NCBI GenBank assembly: GCA_973895155.1
Contig: OZ316898.1
Location: 19,975,292-20,039,291 of the forward strand
Origin: Marsupella aquatica
Lineage: Eukaryota; Plantae; Marchantiophyta
Reading direction: 5' to 3'
DNA: 64,000 nt
Shown here: one piece after another, positions 49,505 through 62,805 of the stretch
How positions within the stretch are numbered: position 1 is the stretch's first letter
Layout of the letters: the number at the start of each line of letters is the position of its first letter
Notes under the pieces: model-generated
Seen by the model: the letters and a program-made list of their open reading frames with translations, nothing else
Told to the model about the DNA's origin: nothing
Databases searched by the model: none
Position numbers and translations under genes: made by a program

Positions 49505-50098
49505 ATGGATCCTACGCAAGAGAGACAGCTGGAACGAAGATTGACACAAACTGTTCTCCAAGAGTTGGATATAAGAATGGAAGAGCACCTAAAAAATATC
49601 GAAGCTGACGCTCACATTTGGGCTGCCCCATTCATACGGAATACTGGCGGTGAAATGATGTTATTTGTACTAGGCCACCAGCCCAAAAACGTGCGTGAGT
49701 ATAGCTTCTTTGAACGAAAGCATTCTCATGATACTACATTGAAGTGTATTGCCAATCAGTTGGGGAAGGACAACCTCACTCTGTTGCGCATCTGCGATCG
49801 AGTGATCGTTGCACGTAATCAAAGCTCACATTGCGGAAATTGGGAGGAATTAGAATTACGAATTGCTCAATGTCTACGGTTGTTTGCAAGATTTCCGAGC
49901 CTTACTCTGGAGTTGAAAGATCAGTACGTGATTCTACGAAATTGGGAACTTTTTGAACAAGCATTCAACTTGCGCCATATCCGTCCACAACAGCCGCGGG
50001 AACAGCCATCGGACAGTTCGACGTCGTGGGGTAGCGCCACAGACCCGTTATCCGAGCAACATTCACAAGGCGGTTCAGAAGCTGTCGAGAGCTGGTGA
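49505..50098 (+). CDS. Unrecognised ~197-aa helical protein with a HEPN-like R-N-x-x-x-H motif
   Basis: ATG at 49505 within ORF 49457-50098; an acceptor-like CCAG ends at 49456. LLRICDRVIVARNQSSH is followed by amphipathic helices. The domain call rests on the motif only. Confidence 0.6.
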   Translation: MDPTQERQLERRLTQTVLQELDIRMEEHLKNIEADAHIWAAPFIRNTGGEMMLFVLGHQPKNVREYSFFERKHSHDTTLKCIANQLGKDNLTLLRICDRVIVARNQSSHCGNWEELELRIAQCLRLFARFPSLTLELKDQYVILRNWELFEQAFNLRHIRPQQPREQPSDSSTSWGSATDPLSEQHSQGGSEAVESW

Positions 50099-53000
50099 TA
50101 GCAGCTTAGCCAAGCAACACAGCCCAAGGCCAAGTCAGACCGGCTTCCATTTCAGGTACTGGACTGTATACGATGGATTCTGGCTTCCATCAACTTCCCG
50201 GGCACAATTAACAATGCTGCAGCTTATCGCCGTGTACTCGTCACAGGAGTGTCTACCATCTTCGCTAGAGTGCTCTTAGTTATTCGAGACCTCTCGTTGC
50301 ACCTGGGCTCGGACAACAGTCTTGTGGGGGTGATGCCTTGGGATAGGCATATTGTATTCGATCTATGTGATGTGGTGCTGCAGACAGCCCTGATATGGGG
50401 CTTTATATCTTGGGAGGTTCAATCGTTGTACATACAGCCCCATCTTTGTATATTTGCCCCATCTAAGCATCCTCATTTTGACTTGGGTATACCTTCCACA
50501 TAATTATACACCCGCCTATGTGGATGCACGCATGTCCAATAACAATACAAGTCTGACAGAATGAAGACGCTTCAAGCTAATCAATGCTCTGCATCACAAT
50601 AGACTGATGGTATCAGGAATAAGATGAGTCAAGTACGGGGTCAAGTGCCACCTCAGCTTTAGAAAGCCCAAGGCGCCATGCAACATTCTCTTGTGAAGTT
50701 GCACTGCCGTAGAAGTATTTCCTTGACAGACAAGCTAGGATTTCTGCATGTTTCAATCACAACTAGTATGGCCCTCTCGAACCTAGGTATCTACTGGGCA
50801 TGCATGGCCGCCTTTACAACAATAGCAAACTGAACAATTGTGTGGCAATTGCAGTACCTTGTAGAGAACGCAACCTACTTGGCTTCAATACACCATCTTA
50901 AATAATTTCCTTCTATATTGCCTCGATGTTTTGATTCGGAAATATGTTGTGCTTTGGATTGTTTTCCTAGAAAAATTCAACTTCATGAACAATACAAAGG
51001 GGCTTGCCCAAAGGACGAAACCCAATGACGATGACTGACAACAACCACAAGCAGAGAGCTTAATCGGAATTCGGAATTAAGAATTTGCAAAAATCAGCAT
51101 GAACGTCTGATTTCGAAAGAAGAGAACAATCAGATGGTAAAAGCTGCAAGCGATTTTCCAACCACTCCCTATTCTTCGATCTGACGTTTCGTGTCATGTT
51201 CCTGCCAATGCAATTCTCCTTGCTAGAAAGACTACACTAGAGTACATGTGGTGGTTATTCCTGTGGACTGAAGCCTGAAAAACGCAGACTGGTGGCCAAA
51301 CGCCGATGCGCAGCTTTCATTCAAGGGTTTCACGGAACAGTAATCAACTATTCTCTTGACCTTCAAATGTCAGAAACTCAAGCGTGCCTCCCAGTACAGT
51401 AAAGCTTCACCTGCAACTTACTGGTCACTACTGATAGTGCTTTATTGCCATCACTGTTTCGGAATACTTACGTGAAACATGTAGTCGACTAATCGTGGAG
51501 TATTGTACTTCTATCTATCATGAATCCGAAAGTGCAGACCCACTTTGTAACAACTGCTCCATCATAATTATTTCATCACGAATTTCGTTTTGCACAGGTT
51601 TACCGTTAAAATTGCATTGATGGGTGCACATCTTTTGTCACGAACTCCCTTCCAAAGAGAATAAGTAATTTAGTTAATGATATCTTTTATTTATTTAACA
51701 ATATTGTAAATGCAACTACTTATTTATGCAACAACATCTTTTGTGAGACTTGACAACGTACATGCTAACAAACATCATTTTATTTATGCACCATTTTGTA
51801 CTTAACAATTTTATATTTAAGAACATTTTTTCTCTTAACAATATCTTTATCGGCGTAGTGACATCTTTTGTCTCAATGACATCTTTTTCTTAACGACATC
51901 TTTGTTCTTAACGACATCTTGGGGGACACGAGATCTTTTCTCTTAATGACATCTTGGGCGTCACGTCTTTTGTGCAATGCACGAGTATGAGCTCGTTGGA
52001 TATAAAAAATGGATAGCCAGATATGTAGAAAGAATAACGCTTGTGATCTCAATTTTAACAAGATAATTGGGGTTTATCAGGATGGTATAAAAACTCATTC
52101 TAACTTGTGACCACATTTCATGTGACAGAGTATATTCTCGCATTTTGATGTTACCTGGAGTCAACCCAAAGACTCTTGCACTTAATGTACATAAAAATTA
52201 TTGTGTTGCTGCAAGCACAAAAGACTTTGCACTCCTTCATACTTTGCATGGAGTTTACACACACACCAAACATACCTTGCACATGACCTTGCGCCCTTGC
52301 CCCATGAAATGCCTTGGACAAAGACACTAGACAGCGATTGATGGGTCTGCATTTTATTACTTTGTGCGCACCCAACTTGCTTTTATAGATAAATACCTTC
52401 CTCCTCATAATCTTGGGAGGTCCAGTATCAAAAATTGTATGAACCACATGCAATCCAAAATAGGTATTTGAAATTTAATTATCTAAATTTTTAAAAAGGG
52501 TAGGAGGCAAAAGAATGAACCCTTTGTTCGTTTGCAGCATATATAATGAGTCAAACAACTCATGAATGAAACAAATACTCTGGAACGAACCTTTTGTTCT
52601 TAACCTTCGGTCATTTTACCGTTTGTTCGTTCGCAGCTTGATATATATAATGAAACAAACACCTCCTGTAGCATGCCGAGAAAGAGTCCATAGGAGTCAA
52701 AGATTGAGAAAGGTGAGAGGAAGCTATGAATATCGAGCTGCCACATGGATCTAAGCTTGAGCAACAACAATACCTCGTCAGACACGCCAATTTGCAGGTC
52801 TGGCAGAGATGGATGGCAGTTGGGACCCAGCACCTCAGTTCCTGTCTCATCCGTTGAGTGGGTGCAGGTAGGCTGCGTTTCTCGTGAGCTTGAAAATTGG
52901 GAGAGGACAACCCACGAGAGAGAAAGAGAGAGAAGCTGATCCAGTACAGTGGAGAGTCGCTCTCACCCAAATCACAGCTTCGTGGGTAGGCCCAGGTACG

Positions 53001-53289
53001 TTAGGACGACAGAGATCCTAAGCGACGAGCGTTACTTTGCTCCTCAAAATCGCGTTCACAAGGAGATGACAGTATCAAGTCGTCAGACTGACTGTTAAAT
53101 TTCGGCCAATGTTGGAAATTTCGTGGAACTTGCAAAGAGCTGCAGCTCACATCTTGACCCGAGTCGATTGAACGGTCTTCCCACGTCATAATTCTGGAGA
53201 CTCGAGCGTGATCTTGGCTTAGACCAGAGAAACCGAAAGTGATCGTCACGAGTGACTGTTCAATTTCTTCTCCAACTTGAATTGTTCCT

Positions 53290-53552
53290 GAATTGTTCCG
53301 GAATTCCCAATGCATCTTGAGTTTGTTAAGGATTGCCCCGGGGATTTACACCTAGCTTTGAGGCAGCTCTTCGCTGCAGTGGGACAAAGGTCTAGAACTC
53401 ATCGAGGCACCGCCCATTCGACACTGTTCTGTAATTCCCAATTAATGCACCTTGAGTTTGTTGGGGAATGCTCCGGGGGCTTACATGTTCCTTTGAGGCA
53501 GCTCGTCGCTGCAGTGGGACAAAGTTCTCGAATTCATCGAGGCACAACCCAT
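53290..53552. repeat. Diverged tandem duplication, 135-bp period
   Basis: ATGCA(T/C)CTTGAGTTTGTT at 53310 and 53445. Confidence 0.85.
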
Positions 53553-54010
53553 TAGACACGTCTCAAATGACAATGATTGTGAAACATGGACATCAATGCG
53601 ATAGACCAACGACTTTGTCATGTGGGTAGCGAAGACTTTTCGTTGTATCTTCTGTGATGTCTCATCCACAAAAATACTGATTTTCGTCGACGAACAGGAT
53701 CACATCTTGACAGGCTTCCATGAATGGATTCAATGCTAGACCAACCAAAGAACGTAATACTCTTGCTCGGATTGTAATTCACTCAGGTCCCAAATCGTGG
53801 GACCAAGAAGCAAGTTGTTTCCATTTAATTGTTACACTGCTGAGTAGAGCAAAATTTCAATTCATGGTACAAACTCCGATCTCGACGGCTTTCCGAGCTT
53901 CGTGAGTCACAATCACACTACAACGAATTTCTGAGCTTGAATGAATGCTGCCCGGGCCCCTCGTTCAGTAATGCTTAAAGGAGAATGGCTGAATTATGAG
54001 AAGATAGGAT

Positions 54011-56742
54011 TTAAGGGCGGATCAAAGATTTAGAGCCGCCGCAGCCCAGATTTTCAGCTGGAATTGGCGGCAGACTGTCGACTCCCTCCGCGAATATCAC
54101 TCCCATGCCCATGTGGAAGTGGGGCTCAATGTGGCAATGGAACGGCCATGCGCCAGGATTATCGGCCACGAACCTAAGCACTGTCCATCCGTAGGGAAAC
54201 ACCGGAGCTGTGTTCATTTTCGGTGGGTTCACATAGTTTAGCTTCGCGTAATCTGTAGCTGGATCAAATTCTCCCATCCCATAGCCCAACACCCAGAAGT
54301 CATGACCGTGAAGATGCCATGGGTGAATCTCACTGTTGTTCACAGTCAGAGTGTTGGCGTTCTGAAGAATGACATCCACAATGTCATTGAGCTTGAAAAT
54401 GTAAAGTCCGCTCCCGCTGCTGGTGTTCGCATTCGGGGGAGGAGCACTGATGTTGTACCCAGCTGTGTAGTGGTCCGGAGGCACAGGAAAGAGTTCCTGC
54501 CTGTTGTACTTGAGAGCGCCCAAGACAGGGGCCGTGGTCGGGACGTAGGTGATGTTGTTGACAGCCCACTTTAAGAACCCATTCTGTTTGTTCTGAGTGT
54601 TGAGCAGAAAGAGTTGTCGGCTTGAATTCCCTGGGACTGGCTCGACGTATCCGGCCAGAGCTTTGTAAACTGCCGCATTCGCCAAGCTGAGGTTGAAGTC
54701 GTTCCACAAGGGGCTCACAGGGGCGGGTGTCGTTGGTAAGACAGTCGCTGAATTTGGCAAGTAGTTTAGCACAGCAAGTCCTGTTGGGGTTTTAGGATTC
54801 CGTCCTCGGACGTTGAGGCCAGCCCAATAGTTGTGTGAAGAATCCTGGTCAGTGGTGAAGAGGACTGAGTACGTCTCCCCTGAGTAGACGTCAAGATTTT
54901 GCACCGTAACGGGTTCCACGTAGTGTCCAGATGCCTCGACCACAGTCATGTTGTGACCCTGCACAACCGGCACAAACAATGAGCATTTCAATGACTAGTT
55001 TGACTCGATACATACTACATACGTTCGCTCACACCAGCTAAAATACCAGCTAAAATACCCTCTCCCTTCATAGCTTTGTTGGCAAGTTACACATAACAGC
55101 GGTTCTTCCTACGTTCGACACGACAATCATCGCACTCCTACTAATTAACGTCTTCTGTCTAGCCTCAGGACTGGGAACTCTGATTCAGTCAGAGTACAAT
55201 GAGTACGTATTCGATCGTCCTGAAATTCAGATGAATTTATTGATTAAAGATCCATTCCCCTTGTGTGAAGCAGTCCCCTACAGAATTAAATTTCCTATTG
55301 AATTCCACCCGGAGACATTTTGTTGCCAAAAGAAGATGAACCTGTCAGGTCTGTATCAATACCTCGAGTATGAAGTTCAACGAAGATAAAGATGTGACAC
55401 TAGCGATTCGCAGTCGGTAAATTTTGCCAGCCTCCACCGGAAGAACAAAAGGAGCGCAGAGGGGATTGGATGAATTGCAGGTGACGCAATCGCCTGAAGC
55501 AGGCACAGCTCCTGCAGGCACCAAAGAGCAGTTGTATGCTCCACGACCTTCGATCAGAAGTGACTGAGGCTCCCCCACCCATCGGAAGGGATTGGAGAAG
55601 AGTCCGAGCTCCTGGTTGTACATCGACGTATGCCACCAGTCGTTCAACAAGACGCTGAGCTCTCCATCGTACTTAAACGGCTCAACTGTTCCCGCGGCGG
55701 GATCCACGATGAGGGAGCCATAAAATCCAGCTGCCCTTTGCATTCCATTGTGACCGTGATAGAAGTATGTTCCAGCCTGCAATTAATCATTAGCCAGAAA
55801 GAGTTTAGAGTCAGAAACCCACTCACTCAAGAAGACAAATATCAATTTCAACAGAGAGTGACAAATTTCGGCCACTGCTGCTCTTTGCATACGAGGAGCC
55901 ATGCTCGCAATTACTCGCAAAGGACCTACGCGGAGCTTACAGGTACAACACGTGCAATTCCCGATTCGTACCATATCGATTGCTCACAGGAGAAGCAAAA
56001 CACAATCATAGCGGAAAGCCGGGGATAGTTATCGAGTGAGCTATAAGTGTTCAGTGGGCGAGAGCCGAGAGGCAACTCGAGACCTGCAAAAGTACATTAA
56101 TGAAGGGTAAGAAGGTGAGCTACTTACTCGAGTAACGGTGAATGTGTAAGTGTACGTTTCCCCTGGATTAATGGGGCACTGTGAGACATATGCTGACCCA
56201 TCAGCCCACGGTGTTCCATTCTGCACACCACAATCGCCACAGGTACCGTTAGCGTTTCAGATTCAATCAGTGCAGTTCCTCAATTCGATTCAGTAAGCAG
56301 GACAGAGTTCCGTGATCGTTTTTGAGAAACAATTCTCATTGGAGATCTACACAGCGTTTGCAGGTAACCGTCGATGGAACGACAACATCATGACCATTGC
56401 ATCCTTGACGGGGATTTGGAACTGACTAGCAGACGGGCGAACTTCTAGAAGGTTACAGGGCTTGTACAATACCTGGAGGATGCCATGCCAATGGATAACA
56501 ACGCCCTCGGTGGGCATCACATTGTGGACATTCACGACCACAGTATCCCCAACAGTGGCGCGAACAACAGGTCCAGGATACTCTCCATTGACAGCTATAG
56601 TCAATTTCTCCACGCAATCGGGAGATTGCCATGAATAATCCACAGTCCAATTGTAAGTGACGGTTTTCGGCTGTCCTCGAACCGTGGCGAAGAGTACGAA
56701 CACCGCTGCCAGCAGCAGCTGTGCCCTTTGTGAAGCACCCAT
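54011..56742 (-). CDS. AO: L-ascorbate oxidase (multicopper oxidase), 574 aa, 4 exons
   Basis: Exons 56742-56473, 56220-56128, 55776-55363 and 54958-54011 (1725 nt). Signal peptide plus the four Cu-binding motifs [16 protein letters not shown] and [14 protein letters not shown]-typical SPDCVEK, GTPWADG..VSQCPI and [16 protein letters not shown]. Confidence 0.96.
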
Positions 56743-58222
56743 GACTCCCCCTCTGTTCGTCCCCACTCCCCTGACAGGTTGCTGGGCTCGAGCTGAGTAA
56801 GTGCTTGACCAACGAAGAAACACTTAATCTGCGAGAATATCTCTGCTACCAGTTGTTCATTAACGATTCTCGGGCAGCAATGAGACGAGTTTGAGGGATA
56901 CAATTTAACAAGTCCAGTTTCCACAAGTGCTTAAATGGAGTGACTGAGAACTCCCTGTGAAATCTCACTCTCAAGATCTACCAGACGACGTGAACATGGC
57001 GCTTCGTATACAAGTTTGTCAAGCTGGCCAGCCTGGAGCTCCTTACTGCCGACGGCAACGCTGGAACTGCAGCGATCGGTCCGCCCTCTTTTCTGTCTGG
57101 ACTCTTTTGTAATCCTCCAAGTATTCGCAGTAGACTACGTAACAAGACTCAACGACTACACTGAGCTGAAAGGCCCAGAAAACGTGTGAAATGCTCCCTT
57201 GCAACCAGCTGATACTGACTTTGGTCGACAGTGACGTGATGTTAATGTACTGTGATGGCCTGCAGCCGGACTTGTTGGGCCTCGGATTCAGTACAGACCC
57301 GATTAACCTTAATGGCAGCAACTCTGAATGTATATATATATATATGTATGAATTTCTGAAGTGAAGTTGAGATCAGTATCTCAAGTAGCTCGCCTTGCAA
57401 GCTAGCTGGATCGATGTGGGAAGTGGGACCTAGCCACTACTACGCGCTGTGGATTGTGGTCGTCGGGTCGTCGTCTCCTCGTCAGTAATAATGAATCCGA
57501 GGAACAAACCAGGGGGGTATTACAGAAGCTGCCGTTGACTGCAGTACCACTGTCGTCACTCGCTCGCCCCCGCAAATCGATGATTCCTATCGGCTTCTTG
57601 CCATTGTCAGTGACCAAGTCCCGTACCAGCTGCGCTTGACCAAGCTCCCCGATTGTCGCATCCTGTGGGCAGTCCACTTGGCTTGCTTGTGCTTTTGCTT
57701 GTCCCAGCAGCTTCAATCCAATCACCTTCAACAATCGCCGCATGACCGGGGGGGGCATGAGGAGTGAGGACGGAGAAGTGGGCAGCAACAGTCTCGAGCC
57801 ATGTCTCGAGCCATGAGTTATGAGCCGCTGTTCACCTTTCCGTTGAGTGTGGCGAAACCAGCACAGACAGAGTGACAGACAGACACAACACGACCGTCAC
57901 TGCGGTGCACAAGTGGAAACTAATTGAACGTCATGCAAGATAGGATAGAAACGAATTTGATAACACTCGGATTCGAGGCAGACTGAGGACGTCAGGACGC
58001 GGAATCGATGAATGGAGAGGCGGAAGGAACAGGAAAGTCGCAGCGCAGCGTACTAAAGCGTAACTACATCAAAAGACGAAGCAGACATGTCAGCTATAAT
58101 TGGACTGAAAGACTTTTTTCTTTATATATTTCTCGATTTGACGAGAATTCCCTTTACGGGCATCATGAGATTTTTCTTCCACTTAGCTCTTGGTAAAGGA
58201 ACTAAATCTGAAGTTGCATAAG

Positions 58223-58364
58223 ATTTGGGTTCGTGAGAAACACAATGTCAATGCCCTTAGCTATTTTTCTGTTCTTAATTTTCAGGACATAGAATTTGGG
58301 TTCGTGAGAAACACAATGTCAATGCCCTTAGCTATTTTTCTGTTCTTAATTTTCAGGACATAGA
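58223..58364. repeat. Perfect tandem duplication, 71 bp x2
   Basis: TTTGGGTTCGTGAGAAACAC... at 58224 and 58295. Confidence 0.93.
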
Positions 58365-59768
58365 AAATCTTAATGACCTTGCAATCGTCATTTTTCCCTT
58401 TGTAATTCTGAAGGCATTCTTGGAGAAGATAAGGATCAACCCCATTATGCAAATTCTACCCTGCTTCTACAAATTTTAGTGAAATTAAAAATCTTCTAGT
58501 CCTTTAAGTGTAGTAAGGGTCATCTTCCCAGAGGAGCATAGTAGGTAATAATAACCCCTCAAAACTCAAGCCCAAGCTCTTGTCATGATTACAGCCCAAT
58601 TAATTAATGCAATTTTTGGCTATATTGGAGAAGAGTATGTAGTCAAGACTTGGGTTGGCTCATAGGGAAAGTTACTATATACAAAATGTGGTGTGGAAAA
58701 ACAAATGCACAAAGAACAGGGTGAACATGCTACCGTGACTCCTTGGCAATGGCATTGTGAGTCTAAATTTCCACCCAACACCTGTTCACTCTATTCCTTT
58801 CAGAGCCAGACTTAATAGTCAAATCTACATTGGACCTTGGCTTTTGTTTCTGTTCCTTGTCCCAAAGAGTGTTTCTTCGAGACCGAGGAATGTCACTTAG
58901 GGCGTCTTGCATGTGCAAGGTACCTTGATTTTCGACCCTCAAATGAACCGGTAACATCACTAAACAACGCGACAAGCCAGCAATCCTGATGGCATCTTTG
59001 GAGGATATGCAAGGGCAAGGGCTAGAAAATTTCTGGCTCTTGAGGTCCCAAACTTTGAATAAAACAAAATGGCAGTAGATCCACTGAATAAGCACTTTAC
59101 ATTGAAGTTGTTCTTGATTGTGCTTAGATCCTGGGTCCACACTATTTCCCCACATGTGTGAGTTGCTAGGGGTAGCATTTTTCAGGACTCTTAAGACAGC
59201 CCTTAGCCTTTTGCTGCCTTAGATCATAAACTCCTTCGTTAGGCTTGTTCTTCACTAAAATATGTATTGGCACCGTCTCCCGTACCCTACAGCTTGTTGG
59301 AAAGGAGAAGCTAGATGACTTTTGGGTGCAAAGTGCTTCCCTTGTCATTCTTGGCCCTTGATGCTGACACTATTCTAAATTGACTTTTATCTAAATAGGG
59401 GTTACTATATTCATTCCTGTCTCTATAACGCCCCATGACGCATCACATGTGAAGGTTTTCTGACATTTGGATGGCACATGTGACTTTGTTGGAAACTAGG
59501 AACATGCGTCATCCCATCTTGTGCATTTTAGATACTGCCAGAATGCACATTCATGATTGACCATTGTCTAACGAAAATTAGCATGCTCCATCAACATTTG
59601 GTGGGGCCCTTCAGTCTAGAAGTGACCCTAACCTCTAACTTCTCTTCGCAAAATAGTAGTAAATATAATTTGAGTTTGGTTAACACCGAAATAAAAGTCA
59701 ATAAGTTAGTGTGAAAGGGGTGACTTGGACAGGACTTGTCCATTTTAAATATTGCCTGTGGTTAGAAC

Positions 59769-60045
59769 CAGCGTATATTTTAGGTGCGAATTTGAGCCAA
59801 ATTCCATCTCCCCAAAAGTGTTAGCCACTTTTGGCTAACATTCCCTAGATTATTTTAATGCCATTCATTGGCCACTTCCCCACTTAATCATGTACCCAAT
59901 TTGCCAGAATCCAACAATCATCCTTAAATCTAAAAGATATCTCTCTAATAAAGAAGATTCCTAACATCTTTCGCTGACATTCGCCACACTGGCTAGAAAT
60001 TCGCCACACTCGTTAAAAATTTAAAAAACCTTTAACAATACGCTG
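59769..60045 (+). mobile_element. hAT-family MITE, 277 bp
   Basis: Termini CAGCGTAT... and ...ATACGCTG, with a perfect 8-bp TSD GTTAGAAC (59761-59768, 60046-60053). Subterminal TTCGCCACACT repeats. Confidence 0.88.
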
Positions 60046-61056
60046 GTTAGAACCCAGCTCCAAGTTACAAGAAGGCTGGACATATCGTCGCATGTGTGTC
60101 CAAGAAGTTCATCACTGTTCATTCGGGAAGAATCACACGTTTTATTCGAAGACAAAACAGGCGTCGAAGATGTTTCTTAGCCTCGTGTGCGCCATGGCCA
60201 ATTGGCCACAATCCCAATTCTGCCAGATTCCTTTGTACTTCACCCATCTATCAATCTATGATCTATTGGGCGCCGATGTTGCCAATCATAAGCACATTCT
60301 CAATCCTGTGGAGGCCCACACAGCCGAGCTCCAATTTTCCGCTCATATCTACTAGACGGACTCGACTGGGGAAGGTCACAGCTCACTTGTCCGAGCTATC
60401 CCGCCATGCCACCATGATCAACGGGACCTCCCCCAAAACCTTCCCCAAAAACCCCCCCAAGGCGGCGCCGTCTACTCTACGTAGAGTTCGACGAAGAACC
60501 CGACCGAGTCGCGCCGGCGAACACTCTCGCCGCTAAACTGGTCTCGTAGCTACACTAACTGTACCACAGTAGCTCCGAGACCAAATGCCCACTGGAAGGA
60601 CGCGGTCTAACGGTACTGTGACGTATCGAAATACGCCGTGGTATAATGACCTCGTGAGTTACCCGACAGTGTAATTTTCCAGGCGAGTGTCGAGAAGATG
60701 CTACGAATGTTTCTTTATCTAATTTTAATTCTACTATATTACTTTTGAACCGTCAGATTTCCGAGGACTACCCTTTGAATCGCCAGATTCTGATTGTGAG
60801 TAGGTGGAAAGTTCGCTAATGTAACGCTTTTCTTAGTGATCGAATATAGCAAGTTTCCCAAAAGACTAAACATACTAAGTAATGTCAACTCTTTTTCCTT
60901 TGTCTTTACTGTTGTCACCTTTTGAAAACATGAAGAAAACATACTTGGAACATTCAATACCTAGTTTTTGGTAGATTAATGTTTTGCCATTGGATCTCCT
61001 TGTATTAAGTTCACCGTTACTGGCAAATGTGATCTGAGGCTAGGTGGAATAGGAAA

Positions 61057-61635
61057 TTTTGGCAACTAAAAACGATGTTTCCTAGTTTTCTGGATGGACT
61101 AGGAGTAATGGCATTCACTTGTGGGTCAAGGTGACAAATGTCAGCTTCTGTGAAGGGAGAATTTTGTAGGAGTATTTCTTATCTAATGAATCTAGCAAAT
61201 TGTAGGAACGAAAATACTGACCAATGTCACCTTCTGAAGTGAAGATGCCAGGAATATTCATTATAGTAAATTAAACTAGGGTCTCCTGTCCATAGAAGAT
61301 TCCACAACATTCATTTTCAACTGTAGTGTTTTCAGATTAAATTTGACTTTTGCAGGTCTTCTTGGATTTTGAAGATGACCATGACATTTGGGCAAATATG
61401 ATCTGGGCCGTGTGTGAAATCTAGCTAATGGGAAGGCACATAAAAACGTAGAGGCAAAAGTGACTGATACTTTTTGACACCGAGTTTTGGCAGCTAAAAT
61501 TCAATGCTTCTGGCCTTCAGTGTTTCACTGTTTCTGGATGGACCAGGATATTTTCAGGGCGTTTAGTTTTGGGTCACGGTGACAAATGCCAGCTTTTGTG
61601 AAGGAGATTTTTGTAGGAATATTTCTTATCTAGTT
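61057..61635. repeat. Dispersed diverged duplication (~61057-61185 vs ~61485-61633)
   Basis: Both carry TTTCTGGATGGAC.AGG and GGGTCA.GGTGACAAATG.CAGCTT.TGTGAAGG...TTTTGTAGGA.TATTTCTTATCTA. Confidence 0.75.
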
Positions 61636-62805
61636 TCTTTGGATTCATTTTCGATCAGATCTCCTAGATTCAAGGGTAAATATCAGAATGGACACTGGAA
61701 GACCAAAAACATCCACTCTAGTTATTTTTGGCCAAAAACTTTCCAGAGAGGCGAGCGCATTTTAGTGGCGGGAAAAAAAAGCGCTGCTTTGGAGTGTTTT
61801 CTGGACTATTATCTTTGATCTTTAAAACGCTGAAGACCTGAAATTAGTCCCATGTCGTCCCCTACTAAAATAAGCGGGCCTAAATTAAGCTGGCCTCTAA
61901 AAAGACTACAGTAGTGGGCACAAAGAATTATTATTCTCCCAACCTAAACTTAAAGCACGGCATGACGGCAGTCCATAACAGAATCTAGGTATATACTTAA
62001 TCAACCCCATCAGACTCTTTATGCCCCAATCAACCCCCAAAGCCTATTTCTTACCCAAGGGACCCTCTTTTGCACTTTTGTACAGAAAATACATGTATTC
62101 TCAGTATTTTCCACTACTGGGACCTTGAACCCAATTCATTTTTTATTTTTTATTTTTTATTTTTTTCCAAAAGCTGGAAGGGACCGGAACCCGAACAGCA
62201 CAGCCCAGAGGACGAAAGCCGCCCCAAAAAAGCACAGCCCGGGCCAGGCCGCACACACCGAAAAAAGAAAAGAAAAAAAACCGCTAGTCAGGCCAGAAGG
62301 CCCTATGTAACCACCAGGTGGTGTCAAGCGTGACAATCCACTGGTAAACATTGTTCCACTGCGCATAGCAGGTGCTCCTATTCTGTCTTTCACTATGATT
62401 CTTATCCTTCTGCTTGTTGTTGTTGAACCCAATTCATGACATCACTGTGTACGAAGACTATAGTCTACCCAAACTGTGAGTGCAAGCAACTTGACTGTCA
62501 TCTTCACCGCATGGGTTAGGGCCGGCGGAGATTGTGATAACCAAAACTCTAGAATGCAAGACTAGTATGTCTTCATCCCCATCTTCATATGTTTATTGCT
62601 AGCTAATGCATCCTCATAGAATGTGTTCAAGGGTTCATTGTCTCACGTTCTGTCAGTATAATTTTTGTTGGTCTTGGAAGTGAAAAGAGAAAAGTTGTTT
62701 CTCTTTTTATAGGTGGTGGTTTAAGGTCCACTACATACACTAACACAACGACAATTGAGCCAAGATGTGTCATGTATGGAGCTATTAATGCAAGACCAAC
62801 CCTTC

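Noticed and set aside
61909-62119. CAGTAGTGG/CCACTACTG inverted pair as a MITE
   Set aside because: Only 9 bp and no target-site duplication.
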